A stretch of DNA of 64,000 nt, taken from a virus. Of the stretch, positions 38,767 to 48,999 are shown piece by piece. Numbering within the stretch: position 1 is the first letter of the stretch; each line of letters starts with the position of its first letter. The position numbers were made by a program, and so were the translations under genes. The stretch spans positions 132,677-196,676 of the IMG/VR virus record IMGVR_UViG_3300048997_000130; one strand, given 5' to 3'. The notes under the pieces were generated by a model, which saw only the letters and a list, made by a program, of their open reading frames with translations, was not told where the DNA came from and made no database searches.

Positions 38767-40802
38767 GCTTGAAGATTCGATACAGCAACAGCTTTAAACA
38801 ATTCCAATTCTCCGTCCAATGCTGTAAATAATACTCGAACAGCAACAGCCGACGATGGAATAGTTATGATCGGACTACTACTGGCGTCATCGATCACATC
38901 TATATCAAATGATTGCGGATATACATCGATTGTGACCCCTGTAAGTGGAAGTCCGATTTTCACTAATCTCAAATCTTGGTTTCCAGTTAATAAAGCGGTG
39001 TAATATATCCATCTATCATGTCCACCAGTTGATGTCACTGATCCATCTGCCGCCATGTACGCATACGGATCGCCCAATGATTTTATGATTGTGCCACTGG
39101 AAGTGAACACTCCGCCATTGGTCAAGAAGTTTCGTTCAGATGCTACGTCCCAAACGAGTCCATTTTGATATGTTAATGTATATGAGCTGGCAAATCTAAT
39201 ATTCCGGAATTCAATGTTATCTCCGGCAATCGTACTGCCGGATAACTGGAATGCACATCCATCGAACATACTATTGGACCATAGACTGACGTCAATATTT
39301 CCTAAATAACATCCTTCAAATATAACTGATCCGGTTGTCGGGCCGCCTGCAGAAATTGAATTGATTTGAAGATTTTGGAATCCAATCGATACACCTGATG
39401 ATCCCACTCCGAAGAACAAGTTATCAATTATGGCTTGCGGGCCGTTGCCGTCGATTTTGCATGCAACCATTCCAATGACGTTGACTGGGCCAGCATCTAA
39501 AACATCATCATTAATAGATAAATTCCCAATAGTTCCTGGAGCACATTGGAACGTAAATCCGGCAGATGTCAATAAACCAGCCAATATCATGGCGTCAAAT
39601 GCTGTTTGAATATCGATATAAGGCTTCCCAATTGACCCGTCCGGTGACGCCTCTAACGTACCCGGATCTACATACCAAACTCTGGACAGTGGAATCACTC
39701 CACCTCCGCCGCTTATTATTGGGAAAAATGATAATATATTCCAACTGTTGGTGGCGGGTTCAATTCCGATCAGACCAAGAGTCCCGTAATTTTGGTCAAT
39801 TACGTATGAACCGGTCCCATTGATTGATCCAGCTGCAGCAGATATCGTTATATTATCAGTTTCAGCGTTGGCAGCGATATCAGTTATCCATAATTTTTGA
39901 CCATATTTAAGGATTCCATTAATATCTATTTGTCGGGCTCCGGATCCAGTCACCAGGACAATTTCGGACTGTCCATCCCACGGTCCACTATCGATAATTA
40001 ACTGGACAGCAGAAGATTCACAACGCAGCGTGCTCCATACGTTACTACCTTGATAAATGAGTATCACTCCACACAATTCTGATATTATCTTGCTTGTTGC
40101 GCCGTCGATAGTATGTCCGCCTGGTGGATTTATAGTCAGTGATTCCTGACTGTGACTGGCAGAACTGAACGTCAAAATCCGAATGATTTGTCCAACTCGG
40201 CCTGCAGTTAAATTAATGGCTCCGGCTGGACCTATTAAAGCCAAATCTGCTATATATAATGGATAAGTATTGTCGGCGGGAATTGTAAATGGACTAGTAT
40301 CTATGATGATCCATGGCAAATCATCATATGTATTCATGAATTGTTCTAACTGTCCGTCCAGGCGCGTCCCTGCCCATCCTCGTTGTTGATTATCATAATT
40401 TTGTTCATCAGGTTTGGCGCCCGATGTACTTGATGCTACGTTAGGTAATGGATCTGGGAACCCTTGATATGGAGGAATTATGATTCCTCGGACAGTTCTT
40501 ATGCCGAAACATCTGATATCAATATCTGGGATTATCCCATCGCTGACTGTTAGTTGGATTCGATATGATCCCGGAACATCAGGGAAAAAATCAGCCGTCG
40601 GATTGGCATCACTACCGGATGCTAATACTCCAACTGTCACTGCGCTACCAGGCGGAACATCAAGTATTTTGATTTCCCAACTAACTACGTCAGTATTATC
40701 GCTATTATTGATCGTTGCTGTCTGATTAACAACTCCCTCATAAGCGACTCCGGGGCTTCCGACGACGAGTTGAGTGAACGCGATTAACGCTATGGCTGAC
40801 AT
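38763..40802 (-). CDS. probable virion structural / tail-fibre-like protein
   Basis: 679 aa, Gly/Ile/Ser/Thr-rich; Ig/PKD-like N-terminus (PDVPGSYRIQLTV); repeated beta modules and a beta-helix-like region. Confidence 0.55.
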   Translation of the reverse strand: MSAIALIAFTQLVVGSPGVAYEGVVNQTATINNSDNTDVVSWEIKILDVPPGSAVTVGVLASGSDANPTADFFPDVPGSYRIQLTVSDGIIPDIDIRCFGIRTVRGIIIPPYQGFPDPLPNVASSTSGAKPDEQNYDNQQRGWAGTRLDGQLEQFMNTYDDLPWIIIDTSPFTIPADNTYPLYIADLALIGPAGAINLTAGRVGQIIRILTFSSASHSQESLTINPPGGHTIDGATSKIISELCGVILIYQGSNVWSTLRCESSAVQLIIDSGPWDGQSEIVLVTGSGARQIDINGILKYGQKLWITDIAANAETDNITISAAAGSINGTGSYVIDQNYGTLGLIGIEPATNSWNILSFFPIISGGGGVIPLSRVWYVDPGTLEASPDGSIGKPYIDIQTAFDAMILAGLLTSAGFTFQCAPGTIGNLSINDDVLDAGPVNVIGMVACKIDGNGPQAIIDNLFFGVGSSGVSIGFQNLQINSISAGGPTTGSVIFEGCYLGNIDVSLWSNSMFDGCAFQLSGSTIAGDNIEFRNIRFASSYTLTYQNGLVWDVASERNFLTNGGVFTSSGTIIKSLGDPYAYMAADGSVTSTGGHDRWIYYTALLTGNQDLRLVKIGLPLTGVTIDVYPQSFDIDVIDDASSSPIITIPSSAVAVRVLFTALDGELELFKAVAVSNLQA

Positions 40803-40906
40803 TATACTCCAGCAGAGATTAAATTTCTACGGAAATGGAATGCGTCTTAAATTATCAAACGTTATATGGCAGATAACAAAGCTGATGTAGATTTTAAGCG
40901 AGGTTT

Positions 40907-41683
40907 TTGGGTTGGTTTTATTTTTGGTCTCATGTTATTGTCAATCATACTTTCATGTACATTCCGAATATAATGATTCCAAAATTTAGTGTTGGTAATG
41001 ATGCAGATCCAAAACTGGTTCGCAAGGCTATTAATGGCCTTCGAGCCATGGCTAAGTTAGGGAAAATCGCAGAAAAAGCTCTTCGAGATATACAAGAACA
41101 TGGTTATTGTGAGGATCGTTCATATTGGCTTCAGTTGAATCCTTATTCACATAGACGAAATTTCAAACTAACCAATTTTCCGAGATTTAAGCCTTCTGAT
41201 AGAGATAGTATTCCTGGATATTTAGATATGTATTTAACGTTTGGAGATTTAAAAGTCGATTCATCGACTTTTCGAACGTATAATATGATAAATATAGATC
41301 TGCATCATCCAAAACTGGAATGGGATGATTCTGGGAAATATTGGTGGACTCAATCAGTGTCTACTATTGGAAAATTGAAGATTCTATCATCAGGTGGTTC
41401 AATATTTTTGACTGCGGTACATTATCCACATTTATCTAAAGAGAAGTCTGGAGCTTTGCGCCTTTTCAAGACTTTGCGCCCTTACCAACGAGACTGGATT
41501 ACTAGAATAGTTTCAATATGGATAGCTGACTATAGATTACAGGGAGCCCCTACAATAGCTTCTCAATTACGGCACCAATTACCTGTGTGGCTAGTTGAAG
41601 ACAAATTTATTGACACTTGGCATCAACAGTTCCAACAGTTTATTGCTAATTACAAATCCATTAAATATGTTATGAATATTTGA
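40907..41683 (+). CDS. hypothetical protein, tag family
   Basis: Ends SIKYVMNI. Confidence 0.68.
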   Translation: MGWFYFWSHVIVNHTFMYIPNIMIPKFSVGNDADPKLVRKAINGLRAMAKLGKIAEKALRDIQEHGYCEDRSYWLQLNPYSHRRNFKLTNFPRFKPSDRDSIPGYLDMYLTFGDLKVDSSTFRTYNMINIDLHHPKLEWDDSGKYWWTQSVSTIGKLKILSSGGSIFLTAVHYPHLSKEKSGALRLFKTLRPYQRDWITRIVSIWIADYRLQGAPTIASQLRHQLPVWLVEDKFIDTWHQQFQQFIANYKSIKYVMNI

Positions 41684-41827
41684 CGTTGATATAGTAAATT
41701 ATGAAAATTTGTATCGGTATTATATTATCGATCGCTGTACTGATAATAACATGGATTATAGTAGATCGTTGGTTTAAAGAACCTGTTCAAAACGATAATG
41801 AACGATAATCTTAATTATTGATAAATA

Positions 41828-42034
41828 TCAACTATCTTCATTAATTGTTTTATTTTTAGAATCCAAATCATCTACATCATCATTATTTATATTGGAATGA
41901 GTATTCAGCATATCAGGATCTGTTCCAAGATCCGCTGACCTTCCGATTTCTTCCAAAAAATCTAATTGTCGATTTGCCCAAATTGGAATGTTTGAAAACG
42001 ACGCGACGCGTAATGCAATATCAGTTAATTTCAC
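41828..42034 (-). CDS. small acidic protein with N-terminal IAxRVA motif
   Basis: MKLTDIALRVAS... Confidence 0.55.
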   Translation of the reverse strand: MKLTDIALRVASFSNIPIWANRQLDFLEEIGRSADLGTDPDMLNTHSNINNDDVDDLDSKNKTINEDS

Positions 42035-42458
42035 ATTGAATACACAATCATTAATATTCCATCGGGATATGATGAATAAAATAAAGGATCCGTGTATTCG
42101 CTGTCATTCGGGACTTGTTTTCAATGGATTCCATGGGATACAAGTCAAAATTGGAAAACATTTAACGTCGAATTATTGGGTTACGTTTCCAAAATGCAGT
42201 CAATGTGGATATTATGAATTGACATATGAGCAAGATAAACGATTGGATGTATATTCAACACTTCATTTCCTGAAGAAATTCGAGGAAATTGATGGTCCAA
42301 TATTACGTCATGCAAGATCAATATTGGGTTTTAAAAAGCCGGTATTCGCCCGAATCATGGAATGCAGTGTTGATCGAATCCGAAGATTAGAATCCTCGCG
42401 TTCTATGCCAACATCTCAATACGTGAAGAAATTAATTCGACTTTTGAGAAATTTTTGA
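41988..42458 (+). CDS. Zn-ribbon plus XRE-type HTH protein (MqsA/YgiT-like); true start probably internal
   Basis: CIRC...CSQCG, then LRHARSILGFKKPVFARIMECSVDRIRRLE. Confidence 0.68.
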   Translation: MFENDATRNAISVNFTLNTQSLIFHRDMMNKIKDPCIRCHSGLVFNGFHGIQVKIGKHLTSNYWVTFPKCSQCGYYELTYEQDKRLDVYSTLHFLKKFEEIDGPILRHARSILGFKKPVFARIMECSVDRIRRLESSRSMPTSQYVKKLIRLLRNF

Positions 42459-42459
42459 A

Positions 42460-43137
42460 ATGAATGACTTTCGATTGATTTATAATGTGCCTAGAAAGCC
42501 TGATGTTGTATATTTTACAGATAGATGTCCATATTTTTCGTTGCTTTTAGATAATGGATTGACTGAGATAATGGATTATTATCTAAAAGCATTACTTTTA
42601 GCTAAAATGTATTCCATTCGTCCTAATCGAACAGGAATGCGATTTGATGTTAAATTACGATTTTTTCAACATACTTATAGATGTTCTATTCGACCATATG
42701 AAATATGTTTCCCTAAACAATTAACGACACCATTCAGGACTCCCGAGAGAATATTACAAGAAGTACTTGAATATCTGATTCCACGCAGTCATTTAATTTC
42801 AGATTGTTACAACATACTGAGAAAAGTTAAAATAGATAACGTCCAAGCAAATATCCCTGATAGATCCGGTATGTCTGAATGGATAATTTCTTGGATGTTA
42901 GAACAAAAGGACTTTCATTATGATCAACCACTATTTAATGATCTGATTTCCAATATTATTGAGCAAATTGGACTACAAATTTCTGATTTACAAAATCAGT
43001 ATGATCAGAACATTTATAATGTGACTATTAAATCAATGGAAAAGATAATAACACATGCTTTAAAACATGGAGCTTGTCCGGACAAGCTCCATTCATGTTT
43101 AGATAAATGCATTATTAAATCGGTAATGGATGAATGA
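42460..43137 (+). CDS. hypothetical protein, tag family
   Basis: Ends KCIIKSVMDE. Confidence 0.7.
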   Translation: MNDFRLIYNVPRKPDVVYFTDRCPYFSLLLDNGLTEIMDYYLKALLLAKMYSIRPNRTGMRFDVKLRFFQHTYRCSIRPYEICFPKQLTTPFRTPERILQEVLEYLIPRSHLISDCYNILRKVKIDNVQANIPDRSGMSEWIISWMLEQKDFHYDQPLFNDLISNIIEQIGLQISDLQNQYDQNIYNVTIKSMEKIITHALKHGACPDKLHSCLDKCIIKSVMDE

Positions 43138-43211
43138 TTGGTTTTTATGATTTTAGATAACGGAAATCATTGACGTTTTTTTATAGCTAAGGCTGGAGAC
43201 ATCGGAAAAAA

Positions 43212-44072
43212 ATGCAAACTCTCAATGCCTTGGACGAACAGTCAACGAACTCATCGACTAATGAAATGTATGTTGCGGTTTCTCATCAGACTCAAGATGT
43301 CGGCAACGTTAAATCTGGAGACGAACTCTATCCGGATTTGAGTAATCTCACTACCACTAAAATTCCTCATCATAATTTGATCTTGGATGGAGTCTGTACG
43401 CATTGTGCGCATTGTGGACATCAACTCACGGATAGTATATCGGTCCAAAGAGGCATAGGTCCGATCTGTTCTAAGAAAGGATATTCGGAAGACCCGATCG
43501 ACGGAGACGAAATGCAGGCCATGATTGATCTTGCAGAATTTCCGGAATTGGTTGAATTCTTGACTGTTTATTACAAGCCGCTTGGTATTCGTGGACTTGT
43601 GAATGGACTTGTGCGCGCGGCTTCTTTGAATCGTCCGCATGGGACCGGAATGTTGGAAGGTAATTATAAAGTGCATGCGGCTTGCTGCGATGCTATTGAA
43701 TCGCTTGGCCACAAAAAGATGGCACAATTGCTGCGTGAGACATTGGTGGTCGTCCGAATGGATAAATATTCTGAAGATCCAGCATTCATAACAGTCCTTG
43801 TCAAGAAGCGCGATATGCCAGATTGGTGGTTTAATTCTTTGCGCCGTGACATTTCCAATTTGCGTTGGGATAATGCAACTCGAACTCATATTGTCCGAAT
43901 TTACCAGCCCGGCGGATCAGCTTTGTTGGCTGTTTCTACACGGCCGGATGGGATTTCCAATAAACTCGCGCTTTGGAATATGATTTTGAAAGCATTCCCG
44001 AATATGATTTTGAAGAACCAAGATGGCCAAAATATCCGCATCCGGAAGCCCCGTTCAACATCTTCCGTCTGA
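43212..44072 (+). CDS. DUF6011-like Zn-finger protein
   Basis: CAHCGHQLTDSISVQRGIGPIC. Confidence 0.7.
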   Translation: MQTLNALDEQSTNSSTNEMYVAVSHQTQDVGNVKSGDELYPDLSNLTTTKIPHHNLILDGVCTHCAHCGHQLTDSISVQRGIGPICSKKGYSEDPIDGDEMQAMIDLAEFPELVEFLTVYYKPLGIRGLVNGLVRAASLNRPHGTGMLEGNYKVHAACCDAIESLGHKKMAQLLRETLVVVRMDKYSEDPAFITVLVKKRDMPDWWFNSLRRDISNLRWDNATRTHIVRIYQPGGSALLAVSTRPDGISNKLALWNMILKAFPNMILKNQDGQNIRIRKPRSTSSV

Positions 44073-44337
44073 TAAATACATGAAACTCGCGGCTTGCATT
44101 AAACGTGCAAGCCGCTATGCCAAAGGCGATGAATCCAGTACGTCAGAGATTTATTGGCATACGCGGGAAGCTGTCTTTGAAATGTCGCGTGTTGAGCACG
44201 GATCATTCTGTAAGATCATTGCGAATCTAGATTTGTTGACATGGACATTCGATAAAGAATTGGCTCAAATGTCTGAAGAATACTGGCCGCAAGTGGCTTC
44301 CCCAATAATATTAGTTCAAGAAGTTATGGATTCTTGA
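44023..44337 (+). CDS. hypothetical protein, tag family (start probably internal MKLAAC)
   Basis: Ends ILVQEVMDS. Confidence 0.62.
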   Translation: MAKISASGSPVQHLPSDKYMKLAACIKRASRYAKGDESSTSEIYWHTREAVFEMSRVEHGSFCKIIANLDLLTWTFDKELAQMSEEYWPQVASPIILVQEVMDS

Positions 44338-44349
44338 ACTTCGTATAGT

Positions 44350-44730
44350 ATGTTAATGGATTCCCAAGTTCACGAATCTGAGATATTTCCATCAGTATTT
44401 ACTACTGAAGTCACTGAACATATTGATTCAATCAATCGAACTCTAGATAAAATTATTGAACGAAATCCATCAGAAATTGCTATTATACGACGATTAGCCG
44501 TATTGAATATCGGCGATATTCAAGATAAAGACATAGCAAAAAAGATAATATCCAATATTATTGGAACTCCCAACATCATTGATTTTCTAAATCAATTCCG
44601 GATTGATGGAAAAGATATGACATTGGTGGATTTCGGATCATCACGAATCCGCAGAATTCGCTTGGTGTATTCTCACATAAATACAAATCTGTTCAACTTA
44701 TTCACAGTGAACGCAATCATGGATTCTTAA
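44350..44730 (+). CDS. hypothetical protein, tag family
   Basis: Ends FTVNAIMDS. Confidence 0.68.
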   Translation: MLMDSQVHESEIFPSVFTTEVTEHIDSINRTLDKIIERNPSEIAIIRRLAVLNIGDIQDKDIAKKIISNIIGTPNIIDFLNQFRIDGKDMTLVDFGSSRIRRIRLVYSHINTNLFNLFTVNAIMDS

Positions 44731-44747
44731 ATGGCCGTATTAAGATT

Positions 44748-45098
44748 ATGTCCAATGATGGCAAAATCCCGATATCTGATTCCATTCGGACAATTGGGTT
44801 CACTTTTTTGTTATTGTTCATTATTTCGACATGTACTCCAGCATTGATCATTGATAATTTTATGGATAAATTATCTATCTATATATATAAACGCATTGTT
44901 GGAGTCCGAATAATACTTATCACAACTCATAGTTGTTCAATGTTAATTGGAATTATGTTATGCTGGATGCTTCGGACATATTTACCACTAATTGGTTGTT
45001 TCATATGTATCATATCATTTTTGTATTTAAATAAAATTATTAATGAACTTTGTCGTCGTAATCAAACCAATTTGATCCGTAATATAATGGAATCGTGA
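44748..45098 (+). CDS. membrane protein (about 3 TM) with C-terminal tag
   Basis: Hydrophobic helices; ends LIRNIMES. Confidence 0.68.
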   Translation: MSNDGKIPISDSIRTIGFTFLLLFIISTCTPALIIDNFMDKLSIYIYKRIVGVRIILITTHSCSMLIGIMLCWMLRTYLPLIGCFICIISFLYLNKIINELCRRNQTNLIRNIMES

Positions 45099-45517
45099 GA
45101 TTCATAGATATTGAAAACGGGAAGCTAATCAATACTGTTTCCTATTTATCGCTCCAATATATATCATTGATCATTGCGATATCGGAATTCATTTCTTACG
45201 GGTCCGTATATTCTTTTTTATTATATGGAATATTTCTCATTCCATTTGGTCCAAAAGAAAATTGTAGTGGGAAAGAATACGAAATCAAGGACTTGATTCG
45301 GCGCATCCGCTGGATGTCATCATTAATAATTTTTGCCATTTGGTTGGCCGTATTGATACTGTTTCTGACTGTTTGGAATAAATATTATCGATTCACTCCG
45401 TTACTATATGTGTGTATTCCGATTAATTGTATAATTACTGGATATATGTCGTTTTGGAACTATAAAATTATATATTTCATGAAAAATCGCATTCTCCGAG
45501 ATATCATGGAATCGTAA
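45095..45517 (+). CDS. membrane protein (3-4 TM) with C-terminal tag
   Basis: Hydrophobic helices; ends ILRDIMES. Confidence 0.68.
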   Translation: MRFIDIENGKLINTVSYLSLQYISLIIAISEFISYGSVYSFLLYGIFLIPFGPKENCSGKEYEIKDLIRRIRWMSSLIIFAIWLAVLILFLTVWNKYYRFTPLLYVCIPINCIITGYMSFWNYKIIYFMKNRILRDIMES

Positions 45518-45522
45518 ATTTC

Positions 45523-45951
45523 ATGAAGGATTCCGTAATTTATGACGGATCGCCAACTCGGAGAATAAATTTAATGTCGAACGTCATTGTTAATGTAAAT
45601 CTCGCAAATATTCTGATGAACCTCTCCAATTCTATTGAATTTGTCGGGGTTTTGAAAAATCATCCTGATTCTCTCAACGAAGCTGTTGTTGCTACATACG
45701 AAATTCTGAAGACTTGTGCAAAAATTTCCAAATTCTCGGGCCTAGTAGGTAAATTGAACGACGGGACTTTGAATGCTTCAGCACAAGTTGAATGTGTGAA
45801 GTATAATCTACGGCTTGCACATAATTGTCTTAACCAAATGATTGGTGACGTCGTACCTGATGACGTTATTGACAGTATTGAACAGATTAAAATCGCCACC
45901 GATCTGTTTTTGAATGCCACTGTTGGAGTTGGTGGAGTCTGTATTGATTGA
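45523..45951 (+). CDS. hypothetical protein
   Basis: 142-aa ORF. Confidence 0.62.
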   Translation: MKDSVIYDGSPTRRINLMSNVIVNVNLANILMNLSNSIEFVGVLKNHPDSLNEAVVATYEILKTCAKISKFSGLVGKLNDGTLNASAQVECVKYNLRLAHNCLNQMIGDVVPDDVIDSIEQIKIATDLFLNATVGVGGVCID

Positions 45952-46376
45952 TACTGATTTTGATTTATACTGATTTTGATTTGCTCGGAATTTCGAATGC
46001 GAGGCCATTATGGGCTAGAGACATTTGCGGCGCTGTCTTATCAAAAGTAATATTCCAAATCCATTATGGACACATATATATGGATAACAAAATCAATATA
46101 TGTGTGTCTAATTGTCTAAATATTGCTATTCAAGAACAATGCGAATTGCGTTGTATCCGGCCTCCAGTTCAAGAAATCCGAGAATTAATATCTCAAATTA
46201 ATATTAATATAATTCATGATCAATTGAATATTGAGATACCAGAAGATTTATATCGGAAGATAGATGCTTTATTGTTTAATGAGATATGTCCGGTATGCGG
46301 ATCACTTATCCCGGCCGGCAAGCATTCTTCTTTAGAATGTTCAGAAATTCTGATAATTAAAATTATGCATAGTTAA
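45948..46376 (+). CDS. hypothetical protein with CPVCG, tag family
   Basis: Ends LIIKIMHS. Confidence 0.62.
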   Translation: MILILIYTDFDLLGISNARPLWARDICGAVLSKVIFQIHYGHIYMDNKINICVSNCLNIAIQEQCELRCIRPPVQEIRELISQININIIHDQLNIEIPEDLYRKIDALLFNEICPVCGSLIPAGKHSSLECSEILIIKIMHS

Positions 46377-46377
46377 A

Positions 46378-46617
46378 TTGATTGTATCGTACGTTGATAT
46401 GCGGCGCGACTTATTCTGGAGTCTAATATTCTTAGTATGTCCTATAATATGGTTGAAACTACAACCATTATCAATAATCCGGCATACCAGCCATATCGTC
46501 ATGTCCAGCATTAAAAATTCCGATGCTGGATCTAATGATTGTCCTTGGATAGTTATGTCACAAGAGCCTAATTTAATATTGATACAGAAATATCAAAACT
46601 GTATTGTTGATGATTGA
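46378..46617 (+). CDS. hypothetical protein
   Basis: 79-aa ORF, weakly supported. Confidence 0.4.
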   Translation: MIVSYVDMRRDLFWSLIFLVCPIIWLKLQPLSIIRHTSHIVMSSIKNSDAGSNDCPWIVMSQEPNLILIQKYQNCIVDD

Positions 46618-46657
46618 ATATTAGGCTTGACGTTCTTAATCGTTGGGTGTCATGGAT

Positions 46658-47101
46658 TTACCCATTCTCTAATTCAATCATATTATCAATCTGTTCTAAT
46701 AATTTTTGTGGATCTCCACCCCAGATTTTTATGAATTGATTGACTCCATGTTTTTCTAAATATAACTGGATTACTTTTTCTTCTAAATTAGATTCTATGA
46801 CGTCCGCATTGGAAGATTCGCAAATGGTTTGGAGTACCAGTATTGGCCAAGGTATTTCAGGTTCTGAATCATGGAACTGCATTGGATATCGTTCTAAAGT
46901 TTCATGCATCAATTTTTGTGCTGCATAAACACGAATCCTTGAGAAATCTTTTTCGTCAGGTTCTTTGGTTGAATTTTTCCAGTCTTCTCGTTTAAATAGT
47001 TCTAAATCTCCTAGATAATAATCTTTGTAATGTACTGGTTTAAAAATTGGCATTTTTAACCGTACATATTCATGATCATTAAAACACATAACTTTATACA
47101 A
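46658..47101 (-). CDS. hypothetical protein
   Basis: 147-aa ORF. Confidence 0.62.
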   Translation of the reverse strand: MYKVMCFNDHEYVRLKMPIFKPVHYKDYYLGDLELFKREDWKNSTKEPDEKDFSRIRVYAAQKLMHETLERYPMQFHDSEPEIPWPILVLQTICESSNADVIESNLEEKVIQLYLEKHGVNQFIKIWGGDPQKLLEQIDNMIELENG

Positions 47102-47263
47102 GAAACTTGCAGTGAACTAGGATTGAACTGGGAGTATAAATGCAAGATATGTGGTATTCGAATGCGCACGGATTTATTAAATGGACATTTAATATTCGTC
47201 TACAATCCAGGCGACGTAGTAAACTGTGTTCCGTTAAATATTATATAGTTATCCAAATTATGA

Positions 47264-47500
47264 TCATGGACCACAATATTTAAATCGCGGTACTCCAGAT
47301 CCATCATGTGCTATAATAATATCATCCCAAGAATCTTTGCCTGGTGTGCACATCTCCAACGTATATAGTCTACCGCTATTTAATGAAACATAAACTACGA
47401 ACTGTTCACCGGTTTCATAATGCCGTGTGACAAATAATGCTCGATATATTATTCCCGTATTACTTTGATATAAGCCGATCTGGAAATCTGAATCGATCAT
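47264..47500 (-). CDS. DUF1653-like small SH3-type protein
   Basis: GLYQ...YRAL...HYETGEQFVVYVSL...VPRF pattern. Confidence 0.6.
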   Translation of the reverse strand: MIDSDFQIGLYQSNTGIIYRALFVTRHYETGEQFVVYVSLNSGRLYTLEMCTPGKDSWDDIIIAHDGSGVPRFKYCGP

Positions 47501-47634
47501 TTTATCTAAGATTATATGTAAACGATTCAGTTGTGTACTTGTATCCCTAAATAGAAGAAAAAATAGAAAGTCTGATACGAAATTACTTCATAAATCGATA
47601 AACTATATATTATTGCAAGGGCATTATTCATTGA

Positions 47635-48159
47635 TTGTATTGTTGGCTTATGATGAACTCAGTAGTATATTCTTTAAAGAAATCTGATGGGACATGGGGT
47701 ACTAGGAATAATAAAGATGAATTACTATTATTTAATCAGGAATCAATAGCTCAAGCAGAATGTCAAAACGATGAAACAATTGTTCCAATTCGAATCATTG
47801 GAATCCCTGATGAATTGCTGGAATCCGATGATATCAGCATGATGGATTTATGTGCTGAATCTAGTAATACGGCCAAATCCAAAGGTTTTGTGGAACAGAC
47901 TTTTTCAGAATTTATCGCTTTGATGCATACTGAACTTTCCGAAGCTTTCGAAGAATGGCGTTCTGGGAAAGGCATTGATGAAGTTTATGCTTCCGAAGGC
48001 GGGAAGCCTGAAGGGATCCTGACAGAACTGGCTGATGTTCAAATCCGACTGGCTCACTTTTTAGGAGAACGTGGATTAGTCACTAAATTCATCAAGGTCA
48101 TAAGGGATAAACTGGCTTACAACAAAACTCGAGCCTTCCGTCATGGAAAAATTGTTTAG
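47635..48159 (+). CDS. MazG-like NTP pyrophosphohydrolase
   Basis: IALMHTELSEAFEEWR, KPEGILTELADVQIR, YNKTRAFRHGK. Confidence 0.8.
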   Translation: MYCWLMMNSVVYSLKKSDGTWGTRNNKDELLLFNQESIAQAECQNDETIVPIRIIGIPDELLESDDISMMDLCAESSNTAKSKGFVEQTFSEFIALMHTELSEAFEEWRSGKGIDEVYASEGGKPEGILTELADVQIRLAHFLGERGLVTKFIKVIRDKLAYNKTRAFRHGKIV

Positions 48160-48206
48160 AAGCTTTAGATTCTAGTCCAGTCTGATAATATAGGTAATGT
48201 TATTGT

Positions 48207-48554
48207 ATGGAAACATTAAATCGAGCATATTTATTGGAGAGATTATTGAGATGGTATGCAATACTGCATTCATCCGAAAATTCAACCTACCCTATTCCGT
48301 ATTCAGCTTCGTCACCTACAACTATTGAACTGAGCAAATATGCACAGAAAGCTTGTGCTGCTCGACACAACGGGCAATTGTTAGTTGTTGTATGCGATAT
48401 GTGGAATATTCCATTAAACTTATTAGCCGGATCCGCAAATATACCGAATACTTTACTATCTATTTTCATTAATAGTGGATATGGAATATCTATTCAAGAA
48501 GAAGACCGAATCGCGCAAGCTTTAGATAGTATTATCGTAATTAAGACAGGATAA
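48207..48554 (+). CDS. hypothetical protein
   Basis: 115-aa ORF. Confidence 0.58.
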   Translation: METLNRAYLLERLLRWYAILHSSENSTYPIPYSASSPTTIELSKYAQKACAARHNGQLLVVVCDMWNIPLNLLAGSANIPNTLLSIFINSGYGISIQEEDRIAQALDSIIVIKTG

Positions 48555-48557
48555 TGA

Positions 48558-48869
48558 ATGGCGACTGAAAAAGAAATGCTTACTGAACTTATACACGATA
48601 ATCGTTTATCCGATGATGATCAAAAAGCCTTCCAGTCTATGCTCGAGTATTTGGATTCAGGCGGACGTAAGCGGCTTTCAAGAAAACAACATGAATGGGT
48701 TGCCGAAAAGCATAAACGGCTCGAATTAACTGTAGAATCTTCTCTTAATTTACATAGTTCCGGGAAAGTCCCTGATGGAGTCCCTAAAGGCAAGACTTTA
48801 ACAACATTGCCTTGGGAGCAACCGGGATATAATAAACCTTTACGACCTCCTGGAAAGAAAACTGGTTAA
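48558..48869 (+). CDS. hypothetical protein
   Basis: 103-aa ORF. Confidence 0.62.
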   Translation: MATEKEMLTELIHDNRLSDDDQKAFQSMLEYLDSGGRKRLSRKQHEWVAEKHKRLELTVESSLNLHSSGKVPDGVPKGKTLTTLPWEQPGYNKPLRPPGKKTG

Positions 48870-48999
48870 TTCAATTATTATGATTTGGATGTAAAATTTT
48901 AGATAGATTTCCTTCGTTCATATCAATTCATTCGATTTTCATCAGATTCCTGGATTAAACAGGGATCTTATATATTCATATTTCATAGGATAATTAGCA

